A stretch of 64,000 nucleotides of DNA from Fusobacteriaceae bacterium (GCA_051656905.1 JBOFJQ010000015.1:66861-130860), one strand, 5' to 3'. Counted from the stretch's first letter, positions 1 through 11,235 are shown. Program-made: numbers and translations. The notes: generated by a model from the sequence alone, not told the origin.

Positions 1-278
1 TGTCCCCCATAACTATTGCAGTTTGATATAACTCTATAACCATTTTCAGCTATATTCAAATCTTTAGCTATTTTTGCAATTGCTAAAAATATTTCTCCTA
101 TAAGTTCTTTATCTTCAATAGATATGTCATTTAATGTAGGGATTTCTTTTTTAGGTACAACTAAAATATGAATAGGAGCTACAGGATTTATATCTTTGAA
201 AGCAATAACTTTTTCATTTTCAAAAACAATAGTAGCAGGTATCTCTTTATTTATAATCTTTGTAAAAATAGTAGACAT
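1..278 (-). CDS. HIT (histidine triad) family protein, C-terminus cut by window edge
   Basis: My own minus-strand translation from ATG 278 gives MSTIFTKIINKEIPATIVFENEKVIAFKDINPVAPIHILVVPKKEIPTLNDI..., a typical HIT N-terminal half. GGAGG lies upstream. The HxHxH motif would lie beyond position 1. Confidence 0.75.
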   Translation of the reverse strand, partial: MSTIFTKIINKEIPATIVFENEKVIAFKDINPVAPIHILVVPKKEIPTLNDISIEDKELIGEIFLAIAKIAKDLNIAENGYRVISNCNSYGG

Positions 279-311
279 ATTTCCTCCAATTTTTAATTTT
301 TTAATAAAGAA

Positions 312-743
312 TTAATCTTCCTCAAGCATTGCGATTCTTGTAGAGTGTCTTCCACCTAGGAAAGCTGTCTTAAGGAATGTATCAACGATATCTAAAGCTA
401 AAACATCTCCAATCATTCTTTCACCAAGGGCTAACATATTAGCATCATTGTGCTCTCTAGTAAGAGATGCCATTGTAGAATTAGTGCAAAGAGCACATCT
501 TATTCCTTTAACTTTGTTAGCTGCAATTGAAATTCCAATTCCTGTTCCACAAACTACTATTCCGTAAGTTGCCTCTTTGTTAACAACTGCTTCTGCTACT
601 TTTTTACCATAAACAGGGTAATTTACAGAGTCTCCAGAGTTAGTTCCAAAATCAATTACCTCATATCCTTTTTCTAATAAAAAAGATTTTATTTTATCCT
701 TTAATATATAACCACCGTGATCAGCACCTAAAGCTATTTTCAT
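312..743 (-). CDS. rpiB: ribose-5-phosphate isomerase B
   Basis: 143 aa. MKIALGADHGG start and the VCGTGIGISIAANK segment are typical of RpiB/LacAB isomerases. Confidence 0.9.
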   Translation of the reverse strand: MKIALGADHGGYILKDKIKSFLLEKGYEVIDFGTNSGDSVNYPVYGKKVAEAVVNKEATYGIVVCGTGIGISIAANKVKGIRCALCTNSTMASLTREHNDANMLALGERMIGDVLALDIVDTFLKTAFLGGRHSTRIAMLEED

Positions 744-791
744 CTTTAATGTTCTCCTTTATATGTTATAGAAATAAAAATCCTTCGGAAA

Positions 792-829
792 GAAGCTCAA
801 CAATATTACTGAAAATATTGTTGAGCTTC
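792..829 (-). terminator. hairpin downstream of slyD
   Basis: Perfect 16-bp inverted repeat gaagctcaacaatatt / aatattgttgagcttc with a 6-nt loop. The U-tract is weak. Confidence 0.45.
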
Positions 830-880
830 TTAAAAGGATTAAAATATAACCACTAATTATTCCATTGTCATAGTTTAGAA

Positions 881-1381
881 TTAAGCTTCTAACATGTCAT
901 CGTCAAATCCGTGGAAATGAGGATGTCCGTGCTCTAACTCTTCGTCTGTAGCTTCTCTAACGTCAGTAACAGTTATTTCGAATCTTAAGTTTCTTCCAGA
1001 GAATGGGTGGTTACCATCAATAGTAACAACTTCATCATCTATAGAAGTGATAACATAGTTTTGCTCTGTATCATCATCCATATCAGCAATGAATTCCATT
1101 CCTTCATAAATATCATCGAATTCTGTGAACTCAGATTTTTGCATTTCATCTAAAAGCTCTTCATCATACTCTCCGTATCCTTCTTCTGGAGTAAGTTCGA
1201 TAGTTGTTTTGAAACCTTTTACTTTTCCTAGTAAAGCTTCCTCGATTTTAGGAATAAAAGCTCCTATACCGTGGATGTAAAAGAAAGGACCTAAATCAGA
1301 AGTACTCTCTAATAAATCATTCTCGTCTTTGTCATAAACATCAAAGTCAAGTGTAACTACTTTATTCTCTTCAATTTTCAT
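881..1381 (-). CDS. slyD: FKBP-type peptidyl-prolyl isomerase (SlyD-like)
   Basis: 166 aa acidic protein with FKBP/IF-domain layout and a His-rich tail HGHPHFHGFDDD. Confidence 0.8.
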   Translation of the reverse strand: MKIEENKVVTLDFDVYDKDENDLLESTSDLGPFFYIHGIGAFIPKIEEALLGKVKGFKTTIELTPEEGYGEYDEELLDEMQKSEFTEFDDIYEGMEFIADMDDDTEQNYVITSIDDEVVTIDGNHPFSGRNLRFEITVTDVREATDEELEHGHPHFHGFDDDMLEA

Positions 1382-1451
1382 ACTAAATCACCTCTATTAA
1401 AATTTTTGTTATAAACAAATTTATACACACAATATTATATCATAATTTCAA

Positions 1452-2072
1452 TTAAATATCAAACCCCATCTCTTTTTTTACAAGCCTCATATTTTCTTTA
1501 CTTGTAAGAATTTCTAAAAGGTAAAAAGCTATTTCTAGAGCTGTGCTAGGACCAGAAGTAGTGATTGTCTTTTCATCAATGACTATGTGCTCTCGAATAG
1601 GTATAGCACCACTATCAAAGAGTTGTTTAAAGTATCTATCATTTTCACTTAAATAAGTTGTTGCTTTCTTGTTTTGCAGTAAGCCCAATTCCAATAAAAC
1701 AAGAGCACCAGTGCAAATACCTACAAAATAAGTATCGTTAAAAAAATTATTTTTTAAAGAATCACTATTGTTAACGTAATTTTTGAAAAAATTGCAAAAA
1801 TTAGAATTTTTAGTTGAGTTAAAATATCCTTTAGACCCAAATCCACCAGGGAAAATAATGGCATCGTACTGATCTAAGTCAATTGAATTATTAAAGACTA
1901 TTTCAGGAATAATTTTTAAATTCCAGCAACAATTAATAGGAGTTGAATCTGCAATTGTAGACACAAAAATTTTTTTTTTATTTAAAATATTATTCCAACC
2001 AAAAACATCAATGAAGGGTGAAACTTCAAGTATTTCAACACCTTGAAAAAGAGGGATTAAAATTTTCTTCAT
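1452..2072 (-). CDS. DJ-1/PfpI family protein
   Basis: 206 aa with a nucleophile-elbow-like GICTGALVL and FPGGFG segments. Confidence 0.65.
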   Translation of the reverse strand: MKKILIPLFQGVEILEVSPFIDVFGWNNILNKKKIFVSTIADSTPINCCWNLKIIPEIVFNNSIDLDQYDAIIFPGGFGSKGYFNSTKNSNFCNFFKNYVNNSDSLKNNFFNDTYFVGICTGALVLLELGLLQNKKATTYLSENDRYFKQLFDSGAIPIREHIVIDEKTITTSGPSTALEIAFYLLEILTSKENMRLVKKEMGFDI

Positions 2073-2319
2073 TATATTCTCCTAGAAAAATTATTTTTTA
2101 CCTAAATTTAGAAATTTTTTATTGACTTAACGTATAAAAAACTCTATAATTCATCGTATTTGTTTTTTTATTTTGATTATTTTTTATTTATATATAAATA
2201 GAGGAAATCAATCTTTTTTTTGATAAAACAAATATAGAATAAAATACAAAAAACTCTATTCTAAAAGATATTTAGGTTTTTTATATCTTTAATTACAGAA
2301 TAGCAAATAAGGAGGTAAA

Positions 2320-4668
2320 ATGTCAAAGCTTAATCAACAAAAAACACCTATTTTTTCAACGCTAAAAGATGTATACGTAAAAAGGGATATAACGCCTTTT
2401 CATGTGCCAGGGCACAAAAGGGGAGTTGGAGCTGATAAAGAGTTCCACGACTTCGTAGGAAATGGTATATTCTCAATGGATGTTACAATATTTAAAATGG
2501 TAGATGGACTTCACCAACCTAAAAGTTGTATAAAAGAAGCACAGGAACTTTTAGCAGATGCTTACGGAGTTAAGAAAAGTTTCTTTGCCGTAAACGGAAC
2601 ATCAGGGGCTATTCAAACTATGATAATGACTGTAGTTAAGTCAGGAGAGAAAATTTTAGTTCCAAGAAATGTACATAAGTCGGTATCAGCAGGAATTATT
2701 TTAAGTGGAGCGGAACCTGTTTATATGAATCCAGAGATTGATGAAACTCTTGGAATTGCACATGGAGTAAAACCACAAACTGTAGAAACAATGTTAAAAC
2801 AGCATCCTGATATAAAAGCAGTATTACTGATTAACCCAACATATTATGGAGTTGCAACTGATTTGAAGAAGATAGTTGATATTGTTCACTCTTACGATAT
2901 TCCTATAATTGTTGACGAAGCTCATGGACCACATTTATATTTCCATGATGACTTACCTCTATCGGCAGTTGAAGTAGGAGCAGATATGTGTGCTCAAAGT
3001 ACTCATAAAATAATAGGTGCTTTAACTCAAATGTCAGTATTACATGTTAATTCAGATAGAATAGATGTAAATAGAGTTCAACAAATTTTAAGTTTATTAC
3101 ACACAACATCTCCATCTTACCCTTTAATGGCTTCACTTGATTGCGCTAGAAGACAGATAGCAACAGAAGGAAGAGAGTTACTAGATGTAACTATAAAGCT
3201 AGCTAACCATGCAAGAACAGAGATAAACAGAATACCAGGAATGTATTCATTTGGAATTGAAATGTTAGGAAGAGATGGAGTTTATGCTTTTGATCCTACA
3301 AAATTAACTGTTTCTGCAAAAGAAATGGGAATTACAGGATTTGAATTAGAGACTTTATTAGTTGACGACTACAACATCCAAGTTGAACTTTCAGATTTCT
3401 ATAACATCTTAGGTTTAATAACAATTGGAGATACTCAAGAGAGTATTGATAAATTATTAGCAGCACTTACAGATATTAGTAAGAGATTCCATGGTGAAGG
3501 GAAAAAAATAGATAGAGAGTTATTAAGAATGCCAGCAATTCCTGAACTTGAATTAATACCAAGGGAAGCTTTCTACTCTGAAAAAAATAGAGTATTATTT
3601 GAAGAGAGTGAAGGAAAAATTTCTGGAGAGATGATTATGGCTTATCCACCAGGTATACCAATTATAGTTCCTGGAGAGAGAATTACTAGAGAGACTATTA
3701 ACTATATTCATGACTTAAAAGATGCTAAATTACATATTCAAGGAATGGAAGATCCAGAACTAGAGTTTATTAATGTAATTGAAGAAGAGGATGCAGTTTA
3801 TATCTATACAGAAAAAATGAAAAACATGATGATTGGAGTTCCACTTAACTTAGGAGCAAACAAAGCTGGTATCGAATTTGGACCAGATGTGTTACAAGAA
3901 AATTATCCTGATAATTTTGATGAAATGACTATTATTGAAGTTGAAAAGCAAAAAGAAAACTTCAATGACTGGAACTTAAAATATAAGAATACAATATTAC
4001 ATACATGTGAGAAAATAGCTTCTCAAGTTAACGAAGCTGTAAAAGATGGTTATAGACCAATAGTAATTGGAGGAGACCACTCAATAGCTCTTGGAACAAT
4101 TTCTGGAGTATCTTTAGAAAAAGAGATTGGAGTTATCTGGATTGACGCACATGGAGATATGAATACTGATGAGATTACAATGTCTGGAAATATTCATGGA
4201 ATGCCTCTTGCATTACTTCAAGGTTATGGAGATAGAGATTTAGTTAACTGTTTCTATGAAGGTGCAAAAATAGAGAGTAAAAATGTTGTTATTTTAGGAG
4301 CTAGAGATCTAGATCACAAAGAGAGAGAGTTTATTGATGAACTTGGAATAAAAGTAATATCTTATGATGAGGTTATCCATAAAGGATTAGACAATGTTCT
4401 AGAAGAGATTAGAGAGCATTTAAAAGTTGATAACTTACACATAAGTTTCGACGTGGATTCTGTAGATCCAGAGTTTGCACCAGGAGTTTCAACACCTGTA
4501 AGAAACGGATTTACACCTGATGAAATGTTCACAACTTTCAAGTATTTATTTAAAAACTACTTTATCACATCAGTTGATATAGTTGAGTTTAACCCTGTAT
4601 TTGATAAAAATGGAAAAACGGGAGAATTTGTAAACGAATTAACAAATTTTGTGTTAAATCCAAGTTAA
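2320..4668 (+). CDS. bifunctional fusion: Orn/Lys/Arg decarboxylase (AAT fold) N-terminal part plus arginase-family C-terminal part
   Basis: 782 aa. The N-terminal ~490 aa has HVPGHKRG and the PLP-lysine context QSTHKIIGALTQ. The C-terminal ~280 aa has the Mn motifs GGDHSIALGT, WIDAHGDMNT...SGNIHGMPLA and SFDVDSVDP, as in RocF-type arginases. Confidence 0.85.
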   Translation: MSKLNQQKTPIFSTLKDVYVKRDITPFHVPGHKRGVGADKEFHDFVGNGIFSMDVTIFKMVDGLHQPKSCIKEAQELLADAYGVKKSFFAVNGTSGAIQTMIMTVVKSGEKILVPRNVHKSVSAGIILSGAEPVYMNPEIDETLGIAHGVKPQTVETMLKQHPDIKAVLLINPTYYGVATDLKKIVDIVHSYDIPIIVDEAHGPHLYFHDDLPLSAVEVGADMCAQSTHKIIGALTQMSVLHVNSDRIDVNRVQQILSLLHTTSPSYPLMASLDCARRQIATEGRELLDVTIKLANHARTEINRIPGMYSFGIEMLGRDGVYAFDPTKLTVSAKEMGITGFELETLLVDDYNIQVELSDFYNILGLITIGDTQESIDKLLAALTDISKRFHGEGKKIDRELLRMPAIPELELIPREAFYSEKNRVLFEESEGKISGEMIMAYPPGIPIIVPGERITRETINYIHDLKDAKLHIQGMEDPELEFINVIEEEDAVYIYTEKMKNMMIGVPLNLGANKAGIEFGPDVLQENYPDNFDEMTIIEVEKQKENFNDWNLKYKNTILHTCEKIASQVNEAVKDGYRPIVIGGDHSIALGTISGVSLEKEIGVIWIDAHGDMNTDEITMSGNIHGMPLALLQGYGDRDLVNCFYEGAKIESKNVVILGARDLDHKEREFIDELGIKVISYDEVIHKGLDNVLEEIREHLKVDNLHISFDVDSVDPEFAPGVSTPVRNGFTPDEMFTTFKYLFKNYFITSVDIVEFNPVFDKNGKTGEFVNELTNFVLNPS

Positions 4669-4698
4669 TTAATAGAGGTAAATAAAATAAATGGAAAA

Positions 4699-4728
4699 AT
4701 AGAAGGGGAACCCCCTTCTATTTTTTAT
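4699..4728 (+). terminator. rho-independent terminator
   Basis: atagaagggg aac ccccttctat hairpin followed by a T-run. Confidence 0.75.
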
Positions 4729-4821
4729 TTTTTAGAAAGATATCCTTGAAAATACAACTATAAGTGCTATAATTAAAGCAATAAGACTAAAATAAATGAT
4801 AAAGTCGAAAGGTGAAGATTA

Positions 4822-5490
4822 ATGAAAAGTTATAATCAAAAAATGTCGTTATGGATATCTACCCTTACTTTTACGGGAGCATATATGAATTCTATGGCTC
4901 TAATGAAGTATAGTATTCCTATATCTCATGTTACAGGAAGCTGGAATAAAAGTGTACAAGGCCTTGCAAGCTTTAATTTTTATAGTGTTTTATCACTGTT
5001 TGATGTAATTCTTTCATTTTTTTTAGGAACAATAATATCAGGGATAGTATTTTCGAATAAAAAACTAATTTTTAATAAAATCTCAGAAAACTATTTAGTA
5101 GGTCTAGGAATAGCACTATTCATAACAACTACAGTTTTAAGAGAAGATAGATTTTTTATGTATATCGTTGCAGTTATAACTGGAATGCAAAATGGAATGT
5201 TTATAACCTATAGAAATACAACGTGTAGAACAACTCATTTAACTGGATTGACAACAGAACTGGGGACTCAATTAGGTATGATTATTAATGGAAAGGCAGA
5301 TTTTGATAGAATTAGATTTGCTTTAACAAATATAATAATGGCAGCTTTAGGAATTATTCTTAGTGTAAAAATTTATGGGCTTTTTCAGATGAAAGGATTT
5401 TATTTTGCAAGTTTTGGTTATTTTGTATCAAGTTATATTTGTAAAAAAATTAGATTGAAATATTTTATTAATGGGGAACAACCTAAATAG
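4822..5490 (+). CDS. YoaK/DUF1275-like membrane protein
   Basis: 222 aa polytopic membrane protein. The HVTGSW and TTHLTGLTTELG segments resemble DUF1275. Confidence 0.5.
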   Translation: MKSYNQKMSLWISTLTFTGAYMNSMALMKYSIPISHVTGSWNKSVQGLASFNFYSVLSLFDVILSFFLGTIISGIVFSNKKLIFNKISENYLVGLGIALFITTTVLREDRFFMYIVAVITGMQNGMFITYRNTTCRTTHLTGLTTELGTQLGMIINGKADFDRIRFALTNIIMAALGIILSVKIYGLFQMKGFYFASFGYFVSSYICKKIRLKYFINGEQPK

Positions 5491-6814
5491 GTTGCTCCCA
5501 TTTTTTTACATAAATTTTTATAGTGTAAATAGAAATAATAGCGACTATAAATTCATTTATAGATGATGATAGCCATAGCCCATTAATTCCTAACAATTTA
5601 GGAAGGGTTAGAAGAAGAATATTAATAAGTATTATTCCTTTAAAAATAGATAAAAGATTAGACTTAAAAGATTCTTCAACAGCAGTTAGAAAGCTTGTTC
5701 CTAAAATGCTAATTCCAGTGAAAAGGTATGTAAAACTATAGTATGTTATAGTTGATTTTGTAAGTGTAGACAATTCTTTATTGTTTGATATAAATAATGA
5801 AATTATATTATTTGAGAAAATATTTATAATTAAGTAAAAAGATATTCCTAAAATAATTAATGAATAAAAGCTTTTTTTTAGAATTTCAAGAATTCTATGA
5901 TTTTTCTGAGCACCTAAATTATAGCTTATAATTGGTTGAATCCCTTGAGCAAAACCTATCATAGTCATTGTAACAAAAGTAGAAAAATAACTTATTATTC
6001 CAAAGGATGCAATACCTTTTTCTCCAATAATTTTAATGATGTTCATATTAAAGGTAACAATAAGAAAAGCAGTAGTAATTTCAGTAACAAATTCAGGTGA
6101 ACCATTAAAGAAAATGTTTTTAATAGCATTCAAATTAAATTTAACAAAATTAAAATATAGCTTCATTCTTTTTACCTTAAGATAATAGATAAGGGGTATT
6201 ATAGTACTTGCCTGTCCAATTCCAGTTGCTAAGGCAGCACCTCTAATGCCTAGATTTAGTTTGTAAATAAAAACGTAGTCTAAAATAACATTAGTGAAAG
6301 CTCCAATAACTAAGCAAATTATAGAGTAAGAAGGAGAACCATCAATTCTTACAAAAACTTCAAGACCATATCCAAGAATAAAAGTTAGTATAAAAAATGA
6401 AACTGTACCAAGATAAATTGCAGACCCTTGCGAAATTTTGCTAGTGGCGCCTAAAAGTAAAACTATTTCTTGATTGAAAAACATTCCCATAAAAGATATG
6501 ATTATCCCGAAGATAATAAGAAGTTGAATAGCTAAAGAATAAAAATAGCAACTTTCTTTATATTTTTTTTCTCCAAGTCTTATTCCAATTATAGTTCCAG
6601 CACCAACTGAAACCATTATACCTATAGCAAAGGCAAAATTAATAAAAGGAAGAGCTATATTAATACTAGCAAGAGCGGACTCTCCTAAATAGTTACTGAT
6701 AAAAAATCCATCTACAATGCCATATGTGGAAAAAATCCACATGGAAAGAACGGAAGGAAAACAATATTGAAACATTAGTTTGGAAATTTTCTCTTTTTCT
6801 AATTTGTTGTTCAT
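5483..6814 (-). CDS. MATE family efflux transporter
   Basis: About 12-TM protein with MATE-like organisation. I place the start at ATG 6814 (MNNKLEKEK...); the 47 codons upstream in the ORF track are AT-rich, promoter-like sequence. Confidence 0.8.
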   Translation of the reverse strand: MNNKLEKEKISKLMFQYCFPSVLSMWIFSTYGIVDGFFISNYLGESALASINIALPFINFAFAIGIMVSVGAGTIIGIRLGEKKYKESCYFYSLAIQLLIIFGIIISFMGMFFNQEIVLLLGATSKISQGSAIYLGTVSFFILTFILGYGLEVFVRIDGSPSYSIICLVIGAFTNVILDYVFIYKLNLGIRGAALATGIGQASTIIPLIYYLKVKRMKLYFNFVKFNLNAIKNIFFNGSPEFVTEITTAFLIVTFNMNIIKIIGEKGIASFGIISYFSTFVTMTMIGFAQGIQPIISYNLGAQKNHRILEILKKSFYSLIILGISFYLIINIFSNNIISLFISNNKELSTLTKSTITYYSFTYLFTGISILGTSFLTAVEESFKSNLLSIFKGIILINILLLTLPKLLGINGLWLSSSINEFIVAIISIYTIKIYVKKWEQPI

Positions 6815-6964
6815 AATAAAACTCCTAAGGAAATTTAAAAGACTCTTAAAGCTTAGAGTAATATTATAACAAAGAGAGTAATAAAAATCAAAAAAATAAA
6901 AAGAGAAAGAAAGGTAAATGTTAGGAAAAAATATTTTTTTTAGAGTATAAAACATATATAAATT

Positions 6965-6993
6965 TTGATTTTTTTTAATAAAAATGGTATACT
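6965..6993 (+). promoter_or_regulatory. candidate sigma70-type promoter of pnp
   Basis: TTGATT, a 17-nt spacer, then TATACT. This leaves a ~190-nt leader containing an 11-bp AU hairpin (7047-7076). Confidence 0.4.
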
Positions 6994-7188
6994 AAAGTTA
7001 ATGAAGAGGTATATTAAAATTAAGTAGTAAGAGATGATTCTATAATTATTATTCTATAAATAGGCATAGAATAATATTAAATGAAACCTATTATCAAAGA
7101 TTGATAAATAGATAAAGTTTGTTTATGGAGTTTTCCCTTATTATTTTTTTAAGTATCCTCTATAATAAAAATTATTTAGGAGGTATAT

Positions 7189-9288
7189 ATGTTCAATGAG
7201 AGCAAATTATCAATGGATTTAGGTGGAAGAGAACTAATAGTAAAAACAGGAAAAATTGCTAGACAATCAAATGGTGCAGTAATGGCGCAATATGGTGATA
7301 CAGTAATTTTAACAACAGTAAATAGAGGGAAACAACCAAAAGAGGGAATAGATTTCTTTCCGTTAACAGTTGAGTATGTTGAGAAGTTTTATGCTGCTGG
7401 AAAATTCCCAGGTGGATTTAACAAAAGAGAATCAAGACCAGCAACAGATGCTATATTAACTTCAAGATTAATAGACAGACCAATAAGACCAATGTTCCCA
7501 GAAGGGTTTACATATGAAGTTCAAATAGTAAATACAATAATGTCTTTTGATGGAAAAAATATAGCTAACCATATAGCTATAACTTTATCATCACTAGCTT
7601 TAATGATTTCTGATTTACCATTTTTAGGACCAGTAGCAGGAGTAGTTGTAGGTTATAAAGATGGAGAGTTTATTTTAAACCCAACACCTGAGCAGTTAGA
7701 AACAAGTGAGTTAGAGCTTGTAGTTGCAGGTACTAAAGATGCAATAAACATGGTTGAAGCAGGGGCTTCTGAGCTTTCTGAAGAGATAATGTTAAAAGCT
7801 ATGATGTTTGCACACGATAACATTAAAAAATTATGTGCTTTCCAAGAAGAATTTGCAGCAGCAGTTGGAAAAGAGAAAATCACTTTTGATTCTCCTCAAC
7901 CATTAGAGCTTGTAAAAACTTTCATAGATGAAAAAGCAACAACTGAGTTAAAAGCAGCTATATTAACTGAAGGAAAACATGATAGAGATGACGCTATTGA
8001 TGCTTTAGAAGTTAGATTAATGGAAGAGTTCAAAGAGATTAATTTCCCAGGAGAAGAAACAGAATTCCCTAAGGATATTCAAAAAGAATTCAAAACTTAT
8101 TATCATGATTTAATGAAGAAATTAGTAAGAGATGCTATTTTATTCAATAAACACAGAGCAGATGGAAGAACTACTACACAAATCAGACCATTATTTGCTG
8201 AGGTTGGAGTTTTACCAGTTCCACACGGTTCTTCAATGTTTACAAGAGGAGAAACTCAAGCGATTGTTATAGCAACTCTTGGAACAAAATCTGATGAGCA
8301 ATTAGTAGATTCAGTTGAAAAAGATTATTTCAAAAAATTCTATTTACATTATAACTTCCCACCATATTCAGTTGGAGAAACAGGAAGAATGGGTGCACCA
8401 GGAAGAAGAGAATTAGGACACGGAGCTTTAGCAGAAAGAGCTTTAAAATATGTTTTACCATCAGAAGATGCATTCCCATACACAATCAGATTAGTATCTG
8501 AGATTACTGAGTCAAATGGTTCATCATCTCAAGCTTCAGTTTGTGGAGGATCTTTAGCTCTTATGAACGCAGGAGTACCTATTAGAGAGCACGTAGCAGG
8601 AATAGCTATGGGTCTTATTAAAGAGGGAGACGACTATGTTGTATTAACTGATATTCAAGGTTTAGAAGATCATTTAGGAGACATGGACTTTAAAGTAGCA
8701 GGAACAAAGAAAGGAATTACAGCTCTTCAAATGGATATGAAAATAACTGGAATTAACGAGAATGTATTAAAGCAAGCTTTATCACAAGCGTTAACAGCTA
8801 GATTAGAAATATTAGAAGTTATGAATGCAGCTATTCCAGCTCCAGCAGAAATGAAAGAGACTGTACCAAGAATTCACCAAATGACAATACCTAAAGATAA
8901 GATTGCTGTATTAATAGGACCAGGTGGAAAGAATATTAAAGGTATAATCGAAGCAACAGGAGCAACAGTTGATATAGATGATACAGGAAAAGTTTCTATA
9001 TTTGCAGTAGGATTAGAAGTTTTAGAGCAAACTATTAAATTAGTAAACGGATACGTTAAAGATGTAGAAGTTGGAGAAATATATAAAGGTAAAGTTGTAG
9101 GAGTAAAAGATTTCGGAGCATTCGTAGAAATTTTACCAGGAAAAGAAGGATTATTACATATATCTGAAATTTCAGTTGAAAGAGTTGCTAAAGTAGAAGA
9201 TGTAATAAAATTAGGAGATGTTTTTGACGTTAAAGTTAAATCAGTTGAGAACGGAAAAGTAAGTTTAACAAGAAAGAATATACAGTAA
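7189..9288 (+). CDS. pnp: polynucleotide phosphorylase
   Basis: 699 aa with two RNase PH domains plus KH and S1 domains. Collinear with PNPases. Confidence 0.97.
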   Translation: MFNESKLSMDLGGRELIVKTGKIARQSNGAVMAQYGDTVILTTVNRGKQPKEGIDFFPLTVEYVEKFYAAGKFPGGFNKRESRPATDAILTSRLIDRPIRPMFPEGFTYEVQIVNTIMSFDGKNIANHIAITLSSLALMISDLPFLGPVAGVVVGYKDGEFILNPTPEQLETSELELVVAGTKDAINMVEAGASELSEEIMLKAMMFAHDNIKKLCAFQEEFAAAVGKEKITFDSPQPLELVKTFIDEKATTELKAAILTEGKHDRDDAIDALEVRLMEEFKEINFPGEETEFPKDIQKEFKTYYHDLMKKLVRDAILFNKHRADGRTTTQIRPLFAEVGVLPVPHGSSMFTRGETQAIVIATLGTKSDEQLVDSVEKDYFKKFYLHYNFPPYSVGETGRMGAPGRRELGHGALAERALKYVLPSEDAFPYTIRLVSEITESNGSSSQASVCGGSLALMNAGVPIREHVAGIAMGLIKEGDDYVVLTDIQGLEDHLGDMDFKVAGTKKGITALQMDMKITGINENVLKQALSQALTARLEILEVMNAAIPAPAEMKETVPRIHQMTIPKDKIAVLIGPGGKNIKGIIEATGATVDIDDTGKVSIFAVGLEVLEQTIKLVNGYVKDVEVGEIYKGKVVGVKDFGAFVEILPGKEGLLHISEISVERVAKVEDVIKLGDVFDVKVKSVENGKVSLTRKNIQ

Positions 9289-9304
9289 GATTAAGAGGTG
9301 TAGA

Positions 9305-10639
9305 ATGAAATTAGCTATTATTAGCTTAGGTTGCAGTAAAAATTTAGTAGATAGTGAGAACATGATAGGTATTTTAGTAAATAAAAAAGGTTTCGAACTA
9401 ACTAATGATATAGAGGATGCAGATATTGCATTAATAAATACATGTGGATTTATAGGAGATGCTAAAGAGGAATCAATTCAAAATATTCTAGAAGTATCGC
9501 AATATAAAACAACAGGAAAATTAAAAAAACTTATAGTTACAGGTTGTTTAGCTCAGAGATATTCTCAAGAGATAATTCAAGAGATGCCTGAGGTTGATGC
9601 TGTTATAGGAACTGGAGAAATTGGAAAAATAGAAGAGATAATGGATGAAGTTTTAGCTGGTAAAAAAGTAGTTAAAACTGAGTCTTTTGACTTTTTAATG
9701 AGTTCTGATACTGACAGAATTTTAACAACATTCCCACACACAGCTTATGTAAAAATAGCTGAAGGTTGTAACAGAAGATGTACTTACTGTATAATACCTA
9801 AATTGAGAGGGGATTTAAGAAGTAGAACAATCGAAGATATAGTTCAAGAGGTAAAAAACCTTGCTCAAAGTGGAGTAAAAGAGATAAATTTACTTGCTCA
9901 AGAAACTACAGAGTATGGATTAGATCTTTATAATAAAAAAGCTTTACCAGATCTTTTAAAAGAGCTAGTAAAAGTTGAAGGTATAGATTGGATAAGATGC
10001 TACTATATGTTCCCTAATTCTTTAACAGAGGAGTTAGTAGAGGTTATCAAAAATGAACCTAAAGTTTGTAATTATTTTGATGTACCGATTCAACATATAT
10101 CTGGAAACATACTTCAAGGTATGGGAAGAGCAAAATCTGGAGACCAAATAAAAGGAATCTTAAATAAGATTAGAGAAAGCATTCCAGAAGCAACAATAAG
10201 AACTACTGTTATAGTTGGATTCCCAGGGGAAACTGAAGATAACTTTGAAGAGTTAAAAGATTTTATAACTGAATTTAAATTTGATTATGTAGGAGTATTT
10301 AAGTATTCAAGAGAAGAGGATACAAAAGCTCATGACATGGAAAACCAAGTGGATGAAGATATAAAAAGTAAGAGATGGGCAGAGTTAACTAATTTACAAG
10401 CTAAAATAGCTGAAGAGAAAAATAGAGCACTTGTAGGAAAAGAGATAGAAGTTATGATTGATGGAATTTCTTCTGAAAGTGAATATATGTTAGAAGGAAG
10501 AACTCAAGGTCAAGCATTAGAGATAGATGGAAAAGTTCTTACAACAGATGGAACAGCTAAAGCTGGAGATATTGTTAAAGTAAAAATAGAACAAAACTTT
10601 GATTATGATTTTATAGGACCAATAGTAGAAAATAATTAG
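9305..10639 (+). CDS. rimO: ribosomal protein S12 methylthiotransferase
   Basis: 444 aa with N-terminal SLGCSKN...CGF cysteines, radical-SAM CNRRCTYC and a C-terminal TRAM domain. Confidence 0.88.
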   Translation: MKLAIISLGCSKNLVDSENMIGILVNKKGFELTNDIEDADIALINTCGFIGDAKEESIQNILEVSQYKTTGKLKKLIVTGCLAQRYSQEIIQEMPEVDAVIGTGEIGKIEEIMDEVLAGKKVVKTESFDFLMSSDTDRILTTFPHTAYVKIAEGCNRRCTYCIIPKLRGDLRSRTIEDIVQEVKNLAQSGVKEINLLAQETTEYGLDLYNKKALPDLLKELVKVEGIDWIRCYYMFPNSLTEELVEVIKNEPKVCNYFDVPIQHISGNILQGMGRAKSGDQIKGILNKIRESIPEATIRTTVIVGFPGETEDNFEELKDFITEFKFDYVGVFKYSREEDTKAHDMENQVDEDIKSKRWAELTNLQAKIAEEKNRALVGKEIEVMIDGISSESEYMLEGRTQGQALEIDGKVLTTDGTAKAGDIVKVKIEQNFDYDFIGPIVENN

Positions 10640-10667
10640 AATTTATTCTTAATTTGGAGGAAATAAT

Positions 10668-11219
10668 ATGAATTTACCTAATAAGTTAACTTTTTCAAGA
10701 GTGTTATTAGCTATTCCTTTTATATTTTTCTTAGAAAGAGCTAACTCAGGTTCTGATATCTATCGTTATATAGCTTTTGCTCTTTTCGTATTAGCATCTT
10801 TAACAGATTGGTTAGATGGATATTTAGCTAGAAAATATAACTTGATAACAGATTTTGGAAAACTGATGGACCCTTTAGCAGATAAAATTTTAGTAATTTC
10901 AGCAATGGTAATATTTGTTTCTTTAGGGTGGTTACCGTCTTGGATGTCTATAGTTGTTATAGCTAGAGAATTTTTAATAAGTGGAATAAGAACTTTAGCA
11001 GCAGCACAAGGTGAAGTAATTCCAGCTGGAAACCTAGGAAAATATAAAACAACAACACAGATGATAGTTATAATAATAATGCTACTATTTGGACCAATAA
11101 AAAATCCTGAGTATGCAAACTTATACTATTATATGATGTTTATACCTGTTATTTTAACAATATGGTCTGGTTGGGATTATTCAGTTAAAGCCAAGCATTA
11201 TTTTATGAACCATATGTAA
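10668..11219 (+). CDS. pgsA: CDP-diacylglycerol--glycerol-3-phosphate 3-phosphatidyltransferase
   Basis: CDP-alcohol phosphatidyltransferase motif DWLDGYLARKYNLITDFGKLMDPLADK. Confidence 0.9.
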   Translation: MNLPNKLTFSRVLLAIPFIFFLERANSGSDIYRYIAFALFVLASLTDWLDGYLARKYNLITDFGKLMDPLADKILVISAMVIFVSLGWLPSWMSIVVIAREFLISGIRTLAAAQGEVIPAGNLGKYKTTTQMIVIIIMLLFGPIKNPEYANLYYYMMFIPVILTIWSGWDYSVKAKHYFMNHM

Positions 11220-11235
11220 TTGTGAGGAGAAATCA

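Noticed and set aside
7653-7883. Antisense ORF inside pnp; likewise 12143-12391, 23390-23656, 26964-27269, 28121-28357, 31847-32107, 34739-34960, 41222-41437, 42354-42824, 47532-47753, 48739-48921, 49791-49982, 50252-50443, 54401-54619, 54851-55045, 55295-55513, 60518-60941 and 63089-63361
   Set aside because: All lie wholly inside well-supported genes on the other strand or in another frame. They lack RBSs and have odd composition, so I treat them as shadow ORFs.
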